Shown piece by piece: positions 47,129 through 59,298 of a stretch of 64,000 nt of DNA. The position numbers were made by a program, and so were the translations under genes. Where the stretch lies: assembly GCA_040901675.1 (NCBI GenBank), contig JBBDYJ010000031.1:185220-249219 (forward strand), in the 5' to 3' direction. The notes beneath the pieces were generated by a model. The model searched no databases. It was not told the origin of the DNA and saw only the letters and a program-made list of their open reading frames with translations. Each line of letters starts with the position of its first letter. The first letter of the stretch is position 1. The DNA is from Pirellulales bacterium (GTDB taxonomy: Bacteria > Planctomycetota > Planctomycetia > Pirellulales > JAICIG01).

Positions 47129-48412
47129 TTACAAGTTATCTGGGTCTTCGAAGGACTCAGAGCCAATCCTAGTGTTCATGCCGGCATAGACCCGGAAGTC
47201 GATATTAATCGAGATTTGTCTCACGGAACCGTCACCCATGACAGCCTGCGGCCCGCGAGGATGGTGAGCGCTCATACCCGGCCATTCCGAGTTGGGCCCA
47301 AAGGCTCCGTTGAACGTCGGCGGATAGGCAAACTGTACAATGCCACCGGCGCTGATCTCGACGTCCCAGCCGTTAGGGCCGACGGCGCCACAGCAAGGGC
47401 TGTAGAAATTCGGGCTATAAGGCCCTCCAATGACGGACTCGGCCACACCCGTGGCAACCAACATGGATCGGAAGACATACCTGGAATTTGGCCCGGTGAG
47501 CTGGGTCCGTGGAACGCCGGTCGCAGCCAAGCCGGCAGGCGATAACCCCGTGCTGCCCGGGGCGACGGTGTTGTTGAACGGCTGAAAGGGCTGAACCGGA
47601 ATGGCGAAGCCTGGGACAGCGCCGTTGGGATTGCCCTGAATCTTGGAATAAAAGCCCACGGCGTTGACTTCGCCGACCAGGATGGTGTAGGTGGCACCAT
47701 CTCGCAGCGCGCCATAAGAGTTGTTCTCGGCAAAGGCAAAAACTCCTCGCGAGGCGGGCGGGCTGGTCGGCTGTGGGAGACCGAACTGATTGGCCACCGT
47801 AGGCCACCATCCCACGCCCTCGCTGGCGGCGTAATTGGTGTGCGCATATCCACCGAACTGCGTCGGATCTTGCCAACCGGCGTCCGACGGGCAGCGGAAG
47901 GCGTCGATGACTTGCGACTGGATTGGGCCCGGAAATGCCAGGGGTTGGGCTCCCGGCTGAGTGCCAATTCCCATTAACTTCGGCTGCGCCGTCTGGTTCC
48001 AGACAGGGAACCTGCGATTGACCGCGTTGTAGAGGCCCCTCTCCTCCATGAACGGCAGAATGGCATAGCACCAGGTGTAGTGGTAGGGCAACTGCGCCCC
48101 CGGAATCTTCTGCCCCTGCGCGTCGGTCAGCGGCACTCCCCAGTCTGCATCGGCCGGAAAGACCTTGGCGGCGTCATGATACTCCTGCAACGCCAGACCG
48201 ATCTGCTTCAGGTTGTTGGCACAGTGGGATCGGCGAGCAGCCTCGCGGGCCGCCGTCATGGCCGGCAGCAGCAAGGCGATTAAAATGCCAATAATGGCAA
48301 TTACAACGAGCAACTCCACCAGCGTAAAGGCGCCGCGTGCAGGGAGGGCGGAACCAGTGCGCCCGGCAGGTGGACACGGCATGCCGCGCCGCCTCGATCG
48401 ATTGTGAGACAT
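47129..48412 (-). CDS. DUF1559 prepilin-type N-terminal cleavage/methylation protein
   Basis: [47 protein letters not shown]-x9-DGSV. Confidence 0.95.
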   Translation of the reverse strand: MSHNRSRRRGMPCPPAGRTGSALPARGAFTLVELLVVIAIIGILIALLLPAMTAAREAARRSHCANNLKQIGLALQEYHDAAKVFPADADWGVPLTDAQGQKIPGAQLPYHYTWCYAILPFMEERGLYNAVNRRFPVWNQTAQPKLMGIGTQPGAQPLAFPGPIQSQVIDAFRCPSDAGWQDPTQFGGYAHTNYAASEGVGWWPTVANQFGLPQPTSPPASRGVFAFAENNSYGALRDGATYTILVGEVNAVGFYSKIQGNPNGAVPGFAIPVQPFQPFNNTVAPGSTGLSPAGLAATGVPRTQLTGPNSRYVFRSMLVATGVAESVIGGPYSPNFYSPCCGAVGPNGWDVEISAGGIVQFAYPPTFNGAFGPNSEWPGMSAHHPRGPQAVMGDGSVRQISINIDFRVYAGMNTRIGSESFEDPDNL

Positions 48413-48919
48413 GGCGTAACCCCGTCTGGAAAAAGGAAAAAAGGATAACACCTCAACGCCCAGTACCTTATCATTCCCCAAAAACCATGTCCACAAAAAA
48501 ATGCCGTAAAGGCAAGAAAAATCAGTCCAGCGATGGCTCGGCCAGCCAGGCAAGAATGCCCACCCCCCGCCCGCTCCACTGGCAAAGGCGGTCAAGGAGG
48601 GCCAAGATCGCCTGGAATGAAGACGACTTCCCCCCCTAATGGGTTGCGCCTGGCGCTGACGGCCTGAGTTTTCCTCGTCCACGGGTGCCTGCCTCGCGGC
48701 TGACCATGAGTTGACCTCCCCCGGAGCGGGATGAGGGCTGGATCCTGCTTTTCGATGGCCGGAGGCTGGACGGTCTGGCAGACCAGCAGCCGAGCCGCGT
48801 GCCGGTCGAGGACGGGCGCTCATCGGGCTCAGGACCACGGGAAGCCGTGCTGGTTCAAGAACATCCAAGCTGCGTCCGCTCGATCGGGCAAGCCCTAGCG
48901 CAACGGCCGACCCGGCCGC

Positions 48920-49891
48920 TCAGAAATTGGGGGTGGGCGGCCGGTAGAGACCCGGATCGATCGAGCGAAACCATTCGATGGTTGGAACCAGGCCCTCATG
49001 CAAGGCGACCTTGGGTTCCCAGCCGAGCCGCCGGCGGGCCAGTGTAATGTCGGGCTTGCGCTGCGTCGGGTCGTCGGCCGGCAGCGGCTCGTGGACCAGG
49101 GGCGATTTCGAGCCGGTCAAAGCCAACACCATCTCAGCCAGCTCACGGATCGTGAACTCGCCGGGATTGCCCAGGTTCACCGGTCCGATAAAGTCGTCCG
49201 GGCCATTCATCATTCGGATCATGCCATCGAGCAGGTCGTCGCGGAAGCAGAAGCTGCGGGTCTGGCTGCCATCGCCATAGATGGTCAGCGGCTTGCCGGC
49301 CAGGGCCTGCAGAATGAAGTTCGACACCACGCGGCCATCAAACGGGTGCATGCCGGGGCCGTAGGTATTGAAGATCCGCACGACCCGGATATTCAGATGG
49401 TTCATCCGGTGGTAATCGAAGAACAGGGTCTCGGCAGCCCGCTTTCCCTCGTCGTAACAGGCACGCGGGCCGATGGCGTTGACCGAACCGCGGTACGACT
49501 CGGGTTGGGGGTGGATCTCGGGGTCCCCGTAGACTTCGCTGGTCGAAGCCTGCAGCACCTTGGCCCGGCAGCGCTTGGCCATTCCCAGTACGTGGATGGC
49601 CCCCAGCACGGAAGTCTTCATCGTCTTGATGGGGTTGTACTGGTAGTGGCCCGGGGCGGCCGGGCATGCCAGGTTGTAGATCTCGTCCACTTCCAGCCAG
49701 GTCGGCTGAGTGATGTCGTGCCGGATCAGCTCGAAATTCGGGCGACCGAGCAGGTGAGCGACGTTCGATTTCTGGCTGGTGAAGAAGTTGTCCAGGCAAA
49801 TGACGTCATGCCCCTGGTCGACCAGCCGCTGGCACAGGTGCGAGCCGAGAAAACCGGCTCCGCCGGTCACGAGAATCCGTTTGGTCGCCAT
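48920..49891 (-). CDS. UDP-glucuronate decarboxylase (UDP-xylose synthase) SDR
   Basis: [29 protein letters not shown]. Confidence 0.93.
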   Translation of the reverse strand: MATKRILVTGGAGFLGSHLCQRLVDQGHDVICLDNFFTSQKSNVAHLLGRPNFELIRHDITQPTWLEVDEIYNLACPAAPGHYQYNPIKTMKTSVLGAIHVLGMAKRCRAKVLQASTSEVYGDPEIHPQPESYRGSVNAIGPRACYDEGKRAAETLFFDYHRMNHLNIRVVRIFNTYGPGMHPFDGRVVSNFILQALAGKPLTIYGDGSQTRSFCFRDDLLDGMIRMMNGPDDFIGPVNLGNPGEFTIRELAEMVLALTGSKSPLVHEPLPADDPTQRKPDITLARRRLGWEPKVALHEGLVPTIEWFRSIDPGLYRPPTPNF

Positions 49892-49996
49892 GGCGGCTTT
49901 TCCCCGGATGGGTGCCCGGCGCGGCCCGTGGACCGAGCCAGGCGGGAACGAAAGAAGGCGGCCCTTCGGCCGACGCTGTTTTCACTATAATAGCTC

Positions 49997-52390
49997 ATGC
50001 TCCCCCAACCCGTTAGACTGGTGCCGATGGACCACTTGCTCGAGTCGCTGACGCCGGCACAACGCGAGGCGGTCCAGCACATCGACGGGCCGCTGTTGAT
50101 CCTGGCCGGCCCGGGCAGCGGCAAGACTCGGGTGGTGACGCACCGGATCGCCTGGCTGCTGGGGCATGGCGTGCCGGCGCGGCAGGTGCTGGCGCTCACC
50201 TTCACCAACAAAGCCGCCGAGGAGATGCAAGCCCGCCTGGCGAAGCTGGCCCCCGGCCAGGCGGTGTGGATCGGCACCTTCCATCGCTTCTGCGCCCGCC
50301 TGTTGCGGCAGCACGCCCGCCTGGTGGGCCTGGATGCCAACTACACGATCTACGATACGTCCGACAGCGCCGCCGTGCTGCGCCGCGTGCTGGAGGAAAC
50401 CGGATCGCCCCCGGGGCACTTCACCATCCAACACATCGGCAATGCAATCAGTTGGGCCAAGAACAACGCGATCGGCCCTGAGCAATACGAGCCGCGGCCC
50501 GGCTACCCGCTGGGGCGCGTCGTGGCCGAGGTCTACCCGGCGTACCAGGCCCGCTTGCTGGCCAGCAACGCGGCGGATTTCGACGACCTTCTGTTGCACG
50601 TTGCCGAGTTGCTGCGCCATAACCCGGAGATCCGCTCGGCACTCGACGCGCGCTACCGCTACGTCCTGGTCGATGAATACCAGGACACCAACCTGGCGCA
50701 GTACGCCATCGTGCGGGCCCTCTCGATCGATTACCCGAACCTGTCGGTCACCGGCGACCCCGATCAGTCGATCTACGGCTGGCGCGGCGCCAGCCTGGGC
50801 AACCTGGCGGAATTTGAAGGCAGCTTTCCGCAAGCGCGGGTGGTCAAGCTGGAACAGAACTATCGAAGCACCAAGCGCATCCTCCGGGTCGCGGACCAAT
50901 TGATCGCCCGCAACATGCGCCGCAGGCACAAGGAGCTCTATACCGACAACCCCGAAGGCCCGCCGGTGCGGCTCATCGCCTACTCCAGCAGCCGCGACGA
51001 GGCCGAAGACATCGCCCGGCGGATTGCCGAGCTGGTCCAGTCCGGCCGGCGGCGGGCGGGCGACATTGCCGTGTTCTACCGGGTGAACGCGCTGTCGCGG
51101 GCCTTGGAGTTCGCCCTGCGGGCCCGGGGCATTGCCTTTCAGATGGTGCACGGAGTCGAGTTCTACCAGCGCAAGGAAATCAAGGACGTCGTCGCCTATC
51201 TGACCCTGATCAACAATCCGCGCGACGACGTGGCGTTGGGGCGCGTGGTGAACACGCCTCTGCGCGGCATCGGCAGGAGCACGATCGAGCGGCTGAGGGA
51301 TCATGCTTCCCAACGAGGGCTCACACTCCTGGACGCCGCTCGCCAGAGCGGGCTGGTCGAAGGGCTGACCAAGCGGGCGGCGGTTGCCGTGGCTCGCTTC
51401 GTCGCCTTGTACGACCGGCTGAGCCTGGTCGCCGCCCGGCCGGTCGAGGAGATCCTGGGGCACGTGCTGGCGGAGAGCAATTATCGGGGCCAGTTTCAAG
51501 GCGGCACGGAAGAGGACGACCAGCGGCTGGCCAACATCGAGGAGTTGCTGACCGCGGCCCGCGAGTTCGACGAGCAGTCGCCGGGAGAGGGTCGTCTGGA
51601 GGAGTTCCTCGAGCAGGTCTGCCTGGTCAGCGACACCGACGACTGGCAGTCCACGACCGATCGCGTCACGTTGATGACGCTGCACGCCTCCAAGGGGCTC
51701 GAATTCCCGGTGGTGTTCTTGATCGGCTTGGAAGAAAAGCTCATCCCGCACGACCGCAGCGAGGACAAGCCGGAGCAATTGGAGGAGGAACGGCGACTGC
51801 TGTTCGTCGGCATTACCCGGGCCCGCCAGGAGTTGCAGCTCAGCCTGGCGCGCTACCGCGATTTCCGCGGCAAACGGGGCCTGTCCGTGCCCAGCCGGTT
51901 CCTGATGGAACTGCCCCTGGCCGAAATGGAAGCCACCACCGCCACCTGGTCCGAAGCGGTCCAAGCACAGGCGGACGACGCCCACGACCGTGAAGCTGCC
52001 CAAGATCACGCGGAGCACGACGCCGACGACCGCGGCGAGGAGTGGTCCGGCCCCGAGCGATCCGGCCTGGATGCTGACGACCGGCACGCCCGGCACGCAG
52101 ACGGCAAGCAGCCGGCGATGCCGGCCCTGGCCGAGCGGCCGTTTTTTGCCAATTTGACCACCGCCGCGCAGCTTGCTGCCGGATCGGAGCCGCAGCCGAC
52201 AGCCGATCCAGATGCCTTCCAGCAGGGGATGCCCGTACTGCATCCCGAGTACGGTGTGGGCCGAATCGTGGCACTCTCCGGGGGAAGAACCCGGCGGATC
52301 GCCACCGTCGACTTCGCTTCCGGGGCCGGCCGCAGGACGTTCGTGCTCGAAGTCAGCCCGTTGCGGCCGCTGGCTTCCGGCCGAGGATAG
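49997..52390 (+). CDS. pcrA: UvrD/PcrA ATP-dependent DNA helicase
   Basis: [44 protein letters not shown]. Confidence 0.95.
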   Translation: MLPQPVRLVPMDHLLESLTPAQREAVQHIDGPLLILAGPGSGKTRVVTHRIAWLLGHGVPARQVLALTFTNKAAEEMQARLAKLAPGQAVWIGTFHRFCARLLRQHARLVGLDANYTIYDTSDSAAVLRRVLEETGSPPGHFTIQHIGNAISWAKNNAIGPEQYEPRPGYPLGRVVAEVYPAYQARLLASNAADFDDLLLHVAELLRHNPEIRSALDARYRYVLVDEYQDTNLAQYAIVRALSIDYPNLSVTGDPDQSIYGWRGASLGNLAEFEGSFPQARVVKLEQNYRSTKRILRVADQLIARNMRRRHKELYTDNPEGPPVRLIAYSSSRDEAEDIARRIAELVQSGRRRAGDIAVFYRVNALSRALEFALRARGIAFQMVHGVEFYQRKEIKDVVAYLTLINNPRDDVALGRVVNTPLRGIGRSTIERLRDHASQRGLTLLDAARQSGLVEGLTKRAAVAVARFVALYDRLSLVAARPVEEILGHVLAESNYRGQFQGGTEEDDQRLANIEELLTAAREFDEQSPGEGRLEEFLEQVCLVSDTDDWQSTTDRVTLMTLHASKGLEFPVVFLIGLEEKLIPHDRSEDKPEQLEEERRLLFVGITRARQELQLSLARYRDFRGKRGLSVPSRFLMELPLAEMEATTATWSEAVQAQADDAHDREAAQDHAEHDADDRGEEWSGPERSGLDADDRHARHADGKQPAMPALAERPFFANLTTAAQLAAGSEPQPTADPDAFQQGMPVLHPEYGVGRIVALSGGRTRRIATVDFASGAGRRTFVLEVSPLRPLASGRG

Positions 52391-52396
52391 TGGTCT

Positions 52397-53839
52397 GTGT
52401 ACCCCAAGCTTGCCCAACTCAAGGATGTCGAAGGCCTGCGTGGCCGCCTGGCGGAACTAGGGTTGGAACTGCCGCTCGACGACACGATTCTGACCACGGC
52501 AGAAGGTTCGCCGATGGCCGCCGGCCTGCCAATCGGCGGCTACCGGGTCGGCAACCGCTGGTGCATCCATCCCATGGAAGGTTGGGACGCCAACCGCGAT
52601 GGTTCGCCTTCCCAGCACACCTTGCGGCGTTGGAGCAACTTCGGCCGTAGCGGGGCGAAGCTGATCTGGGGAGGCGAGGCGGCCGCCGTCCAGGAGGATG
52701 GCCGAGCCAACCCTCACCAGACGCTGGCCATGCCGCACAACCGGGCCGGTCTGGCCGCCCTCCACCAGGAGTTGCTGGTCTCGCATCGCGCTCGGTTCGG
52801 TTCGACTGAAGGATTGCTGGTCGGCTTGCAGCTCACCCATTCGGGGCGCTTCGCACGGCCCAATGGCCGCCGACTCGAACCGCGCATCGCTTACCATCAT
52901 CCGCTTCTCGATGAGCGATTCGGCATTGCCCCGGACGACGACGGGCCGATCTGGACCGATGACGGCCTCGAGCGGTTGATCGACCAGTTCGTCGTGGCGG
53001 CTGGACTGGCCCGAGAGGTCGGCTTTCAATTCGTCGACATCAAGGCCTGCCACGGCTACCTGGTGCACGAGTTCCTCAGCGCGTACACGAGGCCGGGTCG
53101 GTTCGGCGGCGACTTTGCCGGCCGGACCCGCCTGCTGCGCGAGACGGTCGGCCGCGTCCGCCAGGCCTACCCGGACCTCATCGTGGGGGTCAGGCTCAGT
53201 GCGTTCGATACCTTGCCCTACCAGCCAGGCCGCGACATGGGCCGGCCGATGCCCTACGACCGCTGGTTGCCGTACCAGTATGCCTTTGGGGTCAATCCGG
53301 TCGATCCGTTGGAGATCGACCTGGCGGAAGCAATCGAGTTGCTGGGGCTGCTGGCGGGAATGGGGGTGGCCGCGGCCAACATCTCCTGCGGCAGCCCTTA
53401 CTATTGCCCCCACATCCAGCGGCCGGCCTTCTTTCCGCCGAGCGACGGCTATCAACCGCCCGAGGATCCGCTGGTCGGGGTCGTACGCCAGATCCAGGCA
53501 GCCCGTCGCATCAAGCAGGCGTTGCCGGACTTGCCGATGGTAGGCACCGGCTACTCGTACTTGCAGGATTACCTGCCTCAGGCGGCCCAGGCGGTGGTCC
53601 GAGCCGGATGGATCGACTCAGTGGGTCTGGGCCGGATGGTGCTCTCGTACCCGGAGTTGCCCGCCGATACCCTCGAATCGGGAGTGGTTGCCCGCAAGCG
53701 GATCTGCCGCACGTTCAGCGACTGCACCACCGCCCCCCGCAACGGTCTCGTGTCGGGTTGTTTTCCACTGGACCCGTACTACAAGGGGTTGCCTGAGGCG
53801 GCCGAGCTAAAGCAAATCAAGCAGCGGCCGGCGCTCTGA
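52397..53839 (+). CDS. NADH:flavin oxidoreductase (OYE-like)
   Basis: PMEGWD, QLTHSGR, KACHGYL. Confidence 0.88.
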   Translation: MYPKLAQLKDVEGLRGRLAELGLELPLDDTILTTAEGSPMAAGLPIGGYRVGNRWCIHPMEGWDANRDGSPSQHTLRRWSNFGRSGAKLIWGGEAAAVQEDGRANPHQTLAMPHNRAGLAALHQELLVSHRARFGSTEGLLVGLQLTHSGRFARPNGRRLEPRIAYHHPLLDERFGIAPDDDGPIWTDDGLERLIDQFVVAAGLAREVGFQFVDIKACHGYLVHEFLSAYTRPGRFGGDFAGRTRLLRETVGRVRQAYPDLIVGVRLSAFDTLPYQPGRDMGRPMPYDRWLPYQYAFGVNPVDPLEIDLAEAIELLGLLAGMGVAAANISCGSPYYCPHIQRPAFFPPSDGYQPPEDPLVGVVRQIQAARRIKQALPDLPMVGTGYSYLQDYLPQAAQAVVRAGWIDSVGLGRMVLSYPELPADTLESGVVARKRICRTFSDCTTAPRNGLVSGCFPLDPYYKGLPEAAELKQIKQRPAL

Positions 53840-53889
53840 CAATCCCGGCTATGCTTGAGTAGCGTGCGGCCCTACAATTCCGCATCAAG

Positions 53890-56800
53890 ATGGTGCAAGC
53901 GGAAGCGTATCCAGCGGCAGCCGAGAAGCTGACCGCCTTGGCCGGTCGCCTGGAGGGGACCGAAGGCTTCTCCGAGGTGGTCGCCAGCCTGCGAGCCGGG
54001 CACGGGGCCACATTCGACGGAGTCTGGGGGTCTAGCTGCGCGCTGTTGGCCGCCGCCTTGGCACGCCATGCCCCCGGTCCGCTAGTGGTGGTCTTGGCCT
54101 ACCCCAGCCAGGTGGACGATTTCTGCGACGACCTGGCCTTGTTCAGCGAGGCCGACGCCGGCCGCTTTGCCGCCTGGGAGCTCTCCGGCGGGAAGCGGCA
54201 AATGCATGACGAGATGTTTGGCGACCGGCTGCGGCTGCTGAAGTTGCTGGCCGCGGGGAAGCAGCCGCCATTCATCGTTACGTCGATTCAAGCCTTGCTC
54301 GAGGGCGTGCCCGCGCCCGAGTTACTGTCCGGCCTCACCCGGCGGCTGACAACGCTCGATCCGGTCGATATCGACGAGCTGGCCGGCTGGCTTGTTGGGC
54401 AAGGTTTCCACAACACCAGCGCCGTCCAACTGCCGGGGGAATTGTCTCGGAGGGGAGGGATCCTCGACGTGTTCGCCCCCGACTGGCAGCACCCGGTGCG
54501 CATCGAGCTTTTCGGCGACCAGGTCGACTCGATACGCCGCTTCGACGCGGGCAGCCAGCGCAGCCTGGACGCACTGGATGCGATCGAAATCACGGCACTC
54601 GGTCCCTCGGCCGCCGAGGAGGAGCACGTCTGCCGCTATTTGCCGCCGGAAAGCTGGTTCTTGCTGGTCGAACCGTCGCAAGTCGCTCAAGAGGGGCGGC
54701 ACTGGCTCGAAAGCCGCGATCCGCCGAGGCCCCAAGCCACGCTCGACCAAACGTTGCGCCACGTGTACCGCTTCCCCTCGGTGACGGCCAGCAGCCTGGC
54801 CAGGGATTCGATGGAAACCACCTGCCGGCTGAAGATCGAGTCGGTGGAGCGGTTCAGCGGCGACATCGCCAAGGTCAAGGGCGAGCTGGACAGCGCCACG
54901 GTGGGCCAGCAGGTCTTCGTGGTCTGCCCGAACGACGGGGAGGCCAGGCGGCTGGGCGAGGTCTTCGAAGGCACTCGGCTGGCAGCTTCCGGCAAGTTGC
55001 ACTTTCCACTCGGAAGGCTGCACGCGGGGTTTCGGCTCGTCCCCGATCGGCTGGTCCTGGTGAGCAGCAACGAGCTGTTCCATCGCGAAGAGCTCAACCG
55101 GCCTAGCCGGCGCCGGCTGGGCCGCGCCATTGATAGTTTTCTCGAGCTGCGCGAAGGCGATTACGTGGTGCACGTTTCGCACGGCATCGCCCGCTACCGG
55201 GGGTTGGAGCTGCTGGAGCAGGCCGGCCGGGCCGAAGACCATCTGACTCTGGAGTTCGACGGCGGCACCCGGCTTTACGTGCCCGCCTCCCGTATCGAGC
55301 TGGTACAGAAGTACGTGGGCGGGTCCAAGGCCCGGCCCACGCTGGCCAAGATCGGCGGCCGCTCGTGGATCAGGCAGAAACAGGCGGCCGAGGTCGCGGT
55401 GGTCGACATGGCCAGCGAAATGCTCGAGCTGCAGGCGGCCCGCGCCTCGCAGGAGGGGATTCGTTTCCCGCCTGATTCCGACTGGCAGCAGGAGTTCGAC
55501 GCCTCGTTTCCGTACGTGGAAACCCCCGACCAGCTCGCCGGCGTCGCCGCCATCCGGCGCGATATGCAGGAAGCACGCCCCATGGACCGCCTGATCTGCG
55601 GCGACGTGGGGTACGGCAAAACGGAGCTCGCCATGCGGGCCGCCTTCAAAGCGGTCGACAGCGGCTACCAGGTGGGGGTACTGGTGCCCACCACCGTGCT
55701 GGCCGAACAACATGGGCGGACCTTCCGCTCCCGCATGGCCGAATACCCGTTTGGGATCGCCGTTTTGAGCCGTTTCTGTTCGACGGCGCAGCAAAAGAAG
55801 ATCCTCTCCGGCCTGGCGGAGGGGTCGATCGACGTGGTGATCGGCACCCACCGGCTCGTGCAAGGCGATGTCCGGTTCAACAACCTGGGCCTGGTGGTGA
55901 TCGATGAAGAGCAGCGGTTCGGCGTGGAAGTGAAGGAGCGCCTGAAGGCCTTTCGGCACTCGGTCGACGTGCTGACGATGACGGCCACTCCCATCCCCCG
56001 CACGCTGCACATGTCGCTCTTGGGGCTCCGCGACATCTCCAACCTGGAGACTCCGCCAGCCGACCGCCTGGCCATTGAGACGCGGGTGGCCCGCTTCGAT
56101 GACGAGCTGGTCCGCCAGGCCGTGCGCCGCGAACTGGCGCGCAGCGGGCAGGTCTTCTTCGTTCACAACCGGATCCACGACATCCAGCGCGTGGGCTGGC
56201 AGTTGCAACAGCTCGTGCCTGAGGCGCGGATCGGGGTCGGGCATGGCCAGATGCCCGAAGGGCAACTGGAACGGGTGATGCTCGACTTTGTAGGCCACCA
56301 GTTCGACATCCTGCTGTCGACGACCATTGTCGAAAGCGGGCTGGATATTCCGAATGCCAATACCATCTTCATCGACGACGCGGACCAGTATGGCCTGGCC
56401 GAGCTGCACCAGTTGCGCGGCCGCGTCGGCCGTTACAAGCACCGCGCGTACTGCTACCTGCTCTTGAACCCGGACAAGTCGCTGAGCTCGACCGCCGCCA
56501 GGCGGCTGACGGCCATCGAGGAGTTCAGCGACATGGGCGCCGGCTTTGCCATTGCCATGCGCGATTTGGAAATCCGGGGAGCGGGCAATATCCTGGGAAC
56601 CCAGCAAAGCGGCCACATCGCCGCGGTCGGATATGAGCTCTACTGCGACCTGCTGGAGAAGACGGTCCGCCGACTCAAGAACCTCCCACCCAGGGTTTTG
56701 CTCGAGGTCCAGGTCGACCTGCCGGGCGAAGCGTACCTTCCCAAGTGGTACGTGACCGACCTGCGCCAAAAGATCGACCTCTACCGGCGGCTGGCCCGCG

Positions 56801-57123
56801 TTGCAAGCGCCGACGAGCTGGCCGAGTTGAGCTGCGAGCTGGTCGACCGCTTCGGGCCGCGGCCCAAGGTCGTCGAGCGCCTGCTGGCCCGGAGTCACCT
56901 GCGGCTGCTGGCCCAGTCCTGGCAGATTGCCTCGATTCACCTGGAAGACAACTATGTCGTTCTGGGCTACACGGACCGCGGCGCCATCGAGCGTCTGGCC
57001 CGCCTTCGCGGACGCAGCGTGCGGATTGCCGACGGCCAAAGCGCGTATTGCCCGATCGCCAAGGGACTTACCGTTCCCGAAGAGTTGGAGGCGGCGGTCA
57101 AACTACTGTTGCAGCCGGATTAA
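53890..57123 (+). CDS. mfd: Transcription-repair coupling factor
   Basis: GDVGYGKT, DEEQRFG, TATPIPRTL, QLRGRVGR, DLEIRGAG. Confidence 0.97.
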   Translation: MVQAEAYPAAAEKLTALAGRLEGTEGFSEVVASLRAGHGATFDGVWGSSCALLAAALARHAPGPLVVVLAYPSQVDDFCDDLALFSEADAGRFAAWELSGGKRQMHDEMFGDRLRLLKLLAAGKQPPFIVTSIQALLEGVPAPELLSGLTRRLTTLDPVDIDELAGWLVGQGFHNTSAVQLPGELSRRGGILDVFAPDWQHPVRIELFGDQVDSIRRFDAGSQRSLDALDAIEITALGPSAAEEEHVCRYLPPESWFLLVEPSQVAQEGRHWLESRDPPRPQATLDQTLRHVYRFPSVTASSLARDSMETTCRLKIESVERFSGDIAKVKGELDSATVGQQVFVVCPNDGEARRLGEVFEGTRLAASGKLHFPLGRLHAGFRLVPDRLVLVSSNELFHREELNRPSRRRLGRAIDSFLELREGDYVVHVSHGIARYRGLELLEQAGRAEDHLTLEFDGGTRLYVPASRIELVQKYVGGSKARPTLAKIGGRSWIRQKQAAEVAVVDMASEMLELQAARASQEGIRFPPDSDWQQEFDASFPYVETPDQLAGVAAIRRDMQEARPMDRLICGDVGYGKTELAMRAAFKAVDSGYQVGVLVPTTVLAEQHGRTFRSRMAEYPFGIAVLSRFCSTAQQKKILSGLAEGSIDVVIGTHRLVQGDVRFNNLGLVVIDEEQRFGVEVKERLKAFRHSVDVLTMTATPIPRTLHMSLLGLRDISNLETPPADRLAIETRVARFDDELVRQAVRRELARSGQVFFVHNRIHDIQRVGWQLQQLVPEARIGVGHGQMPEGQLERVMLDFVGHQFDILLSTTIVESGLDIPNANTIFIDDADQYGLAELHQLRGRVGRYKHRAYCYLLLNPDKSLSSTAARRLTAIEEFSDMGAGFAIAMRDLEIRGAGNILGTQQSGHIAAVGYELYCDLLEKTVRRLKNLPPRVLLEVQVDLPGEAYLPKWYVTDLRQKIDLYRRLARVASADELAELSCELVDRFGPRPKVVERLLARSHLRLLAQSWQIASIHLEDNYVVLGYTDRGAIERLARLRGRSVRIADGQSAYCPIAKGLTVPEELEAAVKLLLQPD

Positions 57124-57292
57124 CAGTCCGGCTATACTCCCGCCGCCCGGGAGAATGCCTGCGCGCAGAAAATTGCACGATCCCATCGCGGAGCTGCCGG
57201 CAGTGCGCACTTCAAGGCCCTGCGCCGGATGGACCGGCCGGTGCGCGTGCAGCCGAGCGAGTCTCCCCCACAGTTCGAAGGAACGAGGGTCT

Positions 57293-58615
57293 GTGGCGCG
57301 ACTGTTCTACACCATCCTGTTCGGCATCACCGCCAGCCTGGCCGCGATCCTCTGGCTGAGGCACGGCGTGCCCAGCCGTTGGCTGCACATCTTTGCGGCT
57401 CCCGAAGCGCAAGCTCAGTCGTATCCAGTCGCGGAAGCCGGCCGCCCGCGCCCGACGCCGGACGGCTACGGCGCACCACGCCAGCGCATGGCCGCATCCC
57501 TCGAGGCTGGCACATCCAGCGAGCTGCCGGGAGAGCGAACTTCGGAGGCGGCAGGAGCAACCTCGCCGCCTGCCGTGCAGCAGACGGCCGATGCCGGACG
57601 CGGTGCGGGGACGTCGCTGGATACGACGCGCATCCTGGCCACCGTGGGCAAAGAGGTGATCCTGGCCGGCGACGTGCTTGGCAAGGTGAACGAAGCCCTG
57701 GCCACGCACGCCGGCAAAATGCAGCCGGAACAATTGAAAAGGATCGAGCCCGACCACTGGGAATCGGCCCGGCAACAATTGACCATGCAGGCCGTGGCGG
57801 AGTCGATCGACGTGAAGATGCTGGTGGAGGATGCGCGCAGCCGAATACCTCCGGAGAATATGGAAAAGATCCTGAAAGAGATCGAAGAAGATCTGTTTGA
57901 GAAGAATCAACTGCCCCGACTGATGGCGCACTGGCAGGTCCCGAGCCGAGGCGAGCTGGATGCCAGACTGCGTGAACTTGGCGGCAGCGTGGAGCGCGAG
58001 AAGCGGGCCTACGTCGAGTCGGTCCTGGCCGATCAATGGCTGAGTGAGCAGGTGAAGGGGGTCGAAGAAATCACGCACGGCCAGATGCTCGAATACTACC
58101 AGCTACACCGGGCCGACTTCGAGTACCCCGCCCGGGCGCGGTGGGAGCAGCTCATGGTGCGGTTCTCGAACTATCCCAGCAAGCGGGCGGCCTGGGAGGC
58201 TCTGTCCCAGATGGGCAACCAGGTTTGGGATGGGGCTCCGCTGGCCGACGTCGCCAGGGCGCGCAGCGACGGCCCCACCGCCGCCGATGGGGGCCGGCAC
58301 GGCTGGACGACGCGGGGAAGCCTTGTCTCCACCGTGATCGACGACGCGCTGTTCAATCTGCCCGTTGGCGCATTGAGCGAAATACTCAGCGATGATCGCG
58401 GTTTTCACATCATCCGCGTGATCGAGCGCAAAGACGCCGGCTGCGTAACGTTCGCCGAAGCCCAGGTCGAAATCCGGGAGAAGATCTCGAGCGAGCGGTC
58501 CAGGCAGAAGCGGCGGCAGTACATCGCTCGCTTAAGGGAAAAGACGCCGGTGTGGACCGTCTACGACGCGGGCCGCGGCAATTCGACCGCCTCGGCACAA
58601 TCGCCGCGTCGCTGA
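57293..58615 (+). CDS. Parvulin-type peptidyl-prolyl isomerase (SurA/PrsA-like)
   Basis: N-terminal TM, VARARSDGP..GG, GFHIIRV. Start estimated. Confidence 0.8.
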   Translation: MARLFYTILFGITASLAAILWLRHGVPSRWLHIFAAPEAQAQSYPVAEAGRPRPTPDGYGAPRQRMAASLEAGTSSELPGERTSEAAGATSPPAVQQTADAGRGAGTSLDTTRILATVGKEVILAGDVLGKVNEALATHAGKMQPEQLKRIEPDHWESARQQLTMQAVAESIDVKMLVEDARSRIPPENMEKILKEIEEDLFEKNQLPRLMAHWQVPSRGELDARLRELGGSVEREKRAYVESVLADQWLSEQVKGVEEITHGQMLEYYQLHRADFEYPARARWEQLMVRFSNYPSKRAAWEALSQMGNQVWDGAPLADVARARSDGPTAADGGRHGWTTRGSLVSTVIDDALFNLPVGALSEILSDDRGFHIIRVIERKDAGCVTFAEAQVEIREKISSERSRQKRRQYIARLREKTPVWTVYDAGRGNSTASAQSPRR

Positions 58616-58685
58616 CGGCCGGGGCGCCCACGTTCCGCGGACCCGCGGCTCTGGGGGCGTGCTCAGCTCGCGCACGTTGTCTTCA

Positions 58686-59231
58686 ATGAACAGCCATCCT
58701 CCGACGCGCCGCAACATCGAGCTCAAAGCGCGGATCGGATCGTTGCCGGCCGCCCGGGCCGCCGCCGAGCGGATCGCCACTTCGCGGCTCGACTCGGAGC
58801 GGCAGGTCGATACGTACTTTGGCTGTCCTCATGGACGGCTCAAGCTCCGCCAGCGCGACGGATTCCCCGCGCAGCTCATTTGGTACCTGCGGCCCGACGA
58901 TCGCCAGCCGCGACCCAGCGACTACCACCTGGTCCAGGTCGATCAGCCGGAGCCTCTCAAGCAGGCGTTGGCCGCCGGCCTGGGGATCCGGGTTGTCACC
59001 GAGAAACGGCGAGAAATCTACCTTCACCATCATGTCCGGATCCATCTGGACCAGGTGACCGGACTGGGGGAGTTTCTGGAGTTCGAAGCGGTGCTCGATC
59101 AGGGCGCGGACGAACTCGAATCTCGGGCACTGATCAGCACGCTGGCGCGCCACTTCGCGCTCGATCCAAGTGAGCTAGTGGACTGCTCTTACAGCGACCT
59201 GCTTATTGTCGAGCGGCCCTGGGCCAGCTAA
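58686..59231 (+). CDS. CYTH-domain protein (class IV adenylate cyclase-like)
   Basis: NIELKAR, QVDTYF, RLKLR, KRR, HLDQV..GEFLEFE, SYSDL. Confidence 0.9.
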   Translation: MNSHPPTRRNIELKARIGSLPAARAAAERIATSRLDSERQVDTYFGCPHGRLKLRQRDGFPAQLIWYLRPDDRQPRPSDYHLVQVDQPEPLKQALAAGLGIRVVTEKRREIYLHHHVRIHLDQVTGLGEFLEFEAVLDQGADELESRALISTLARHFALDPSELVDCSYSDLLIVERPWAS

Positions 59232-59298
59232 ACTGCCAGCTTACCGACTCGACAGGTGGGTTAAGCCGTTTGGCGCGTCAACAGAAAGGAAGTCCTGG

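Noticed and set aside
48413..48915. c-di-GMP or other riboswitch upstream of the DUF1559 gene (also checked upstream of flp)
   Set aside because: No GEMM-type motifs were recognisable by eye. An Rfam scan would be decisive.
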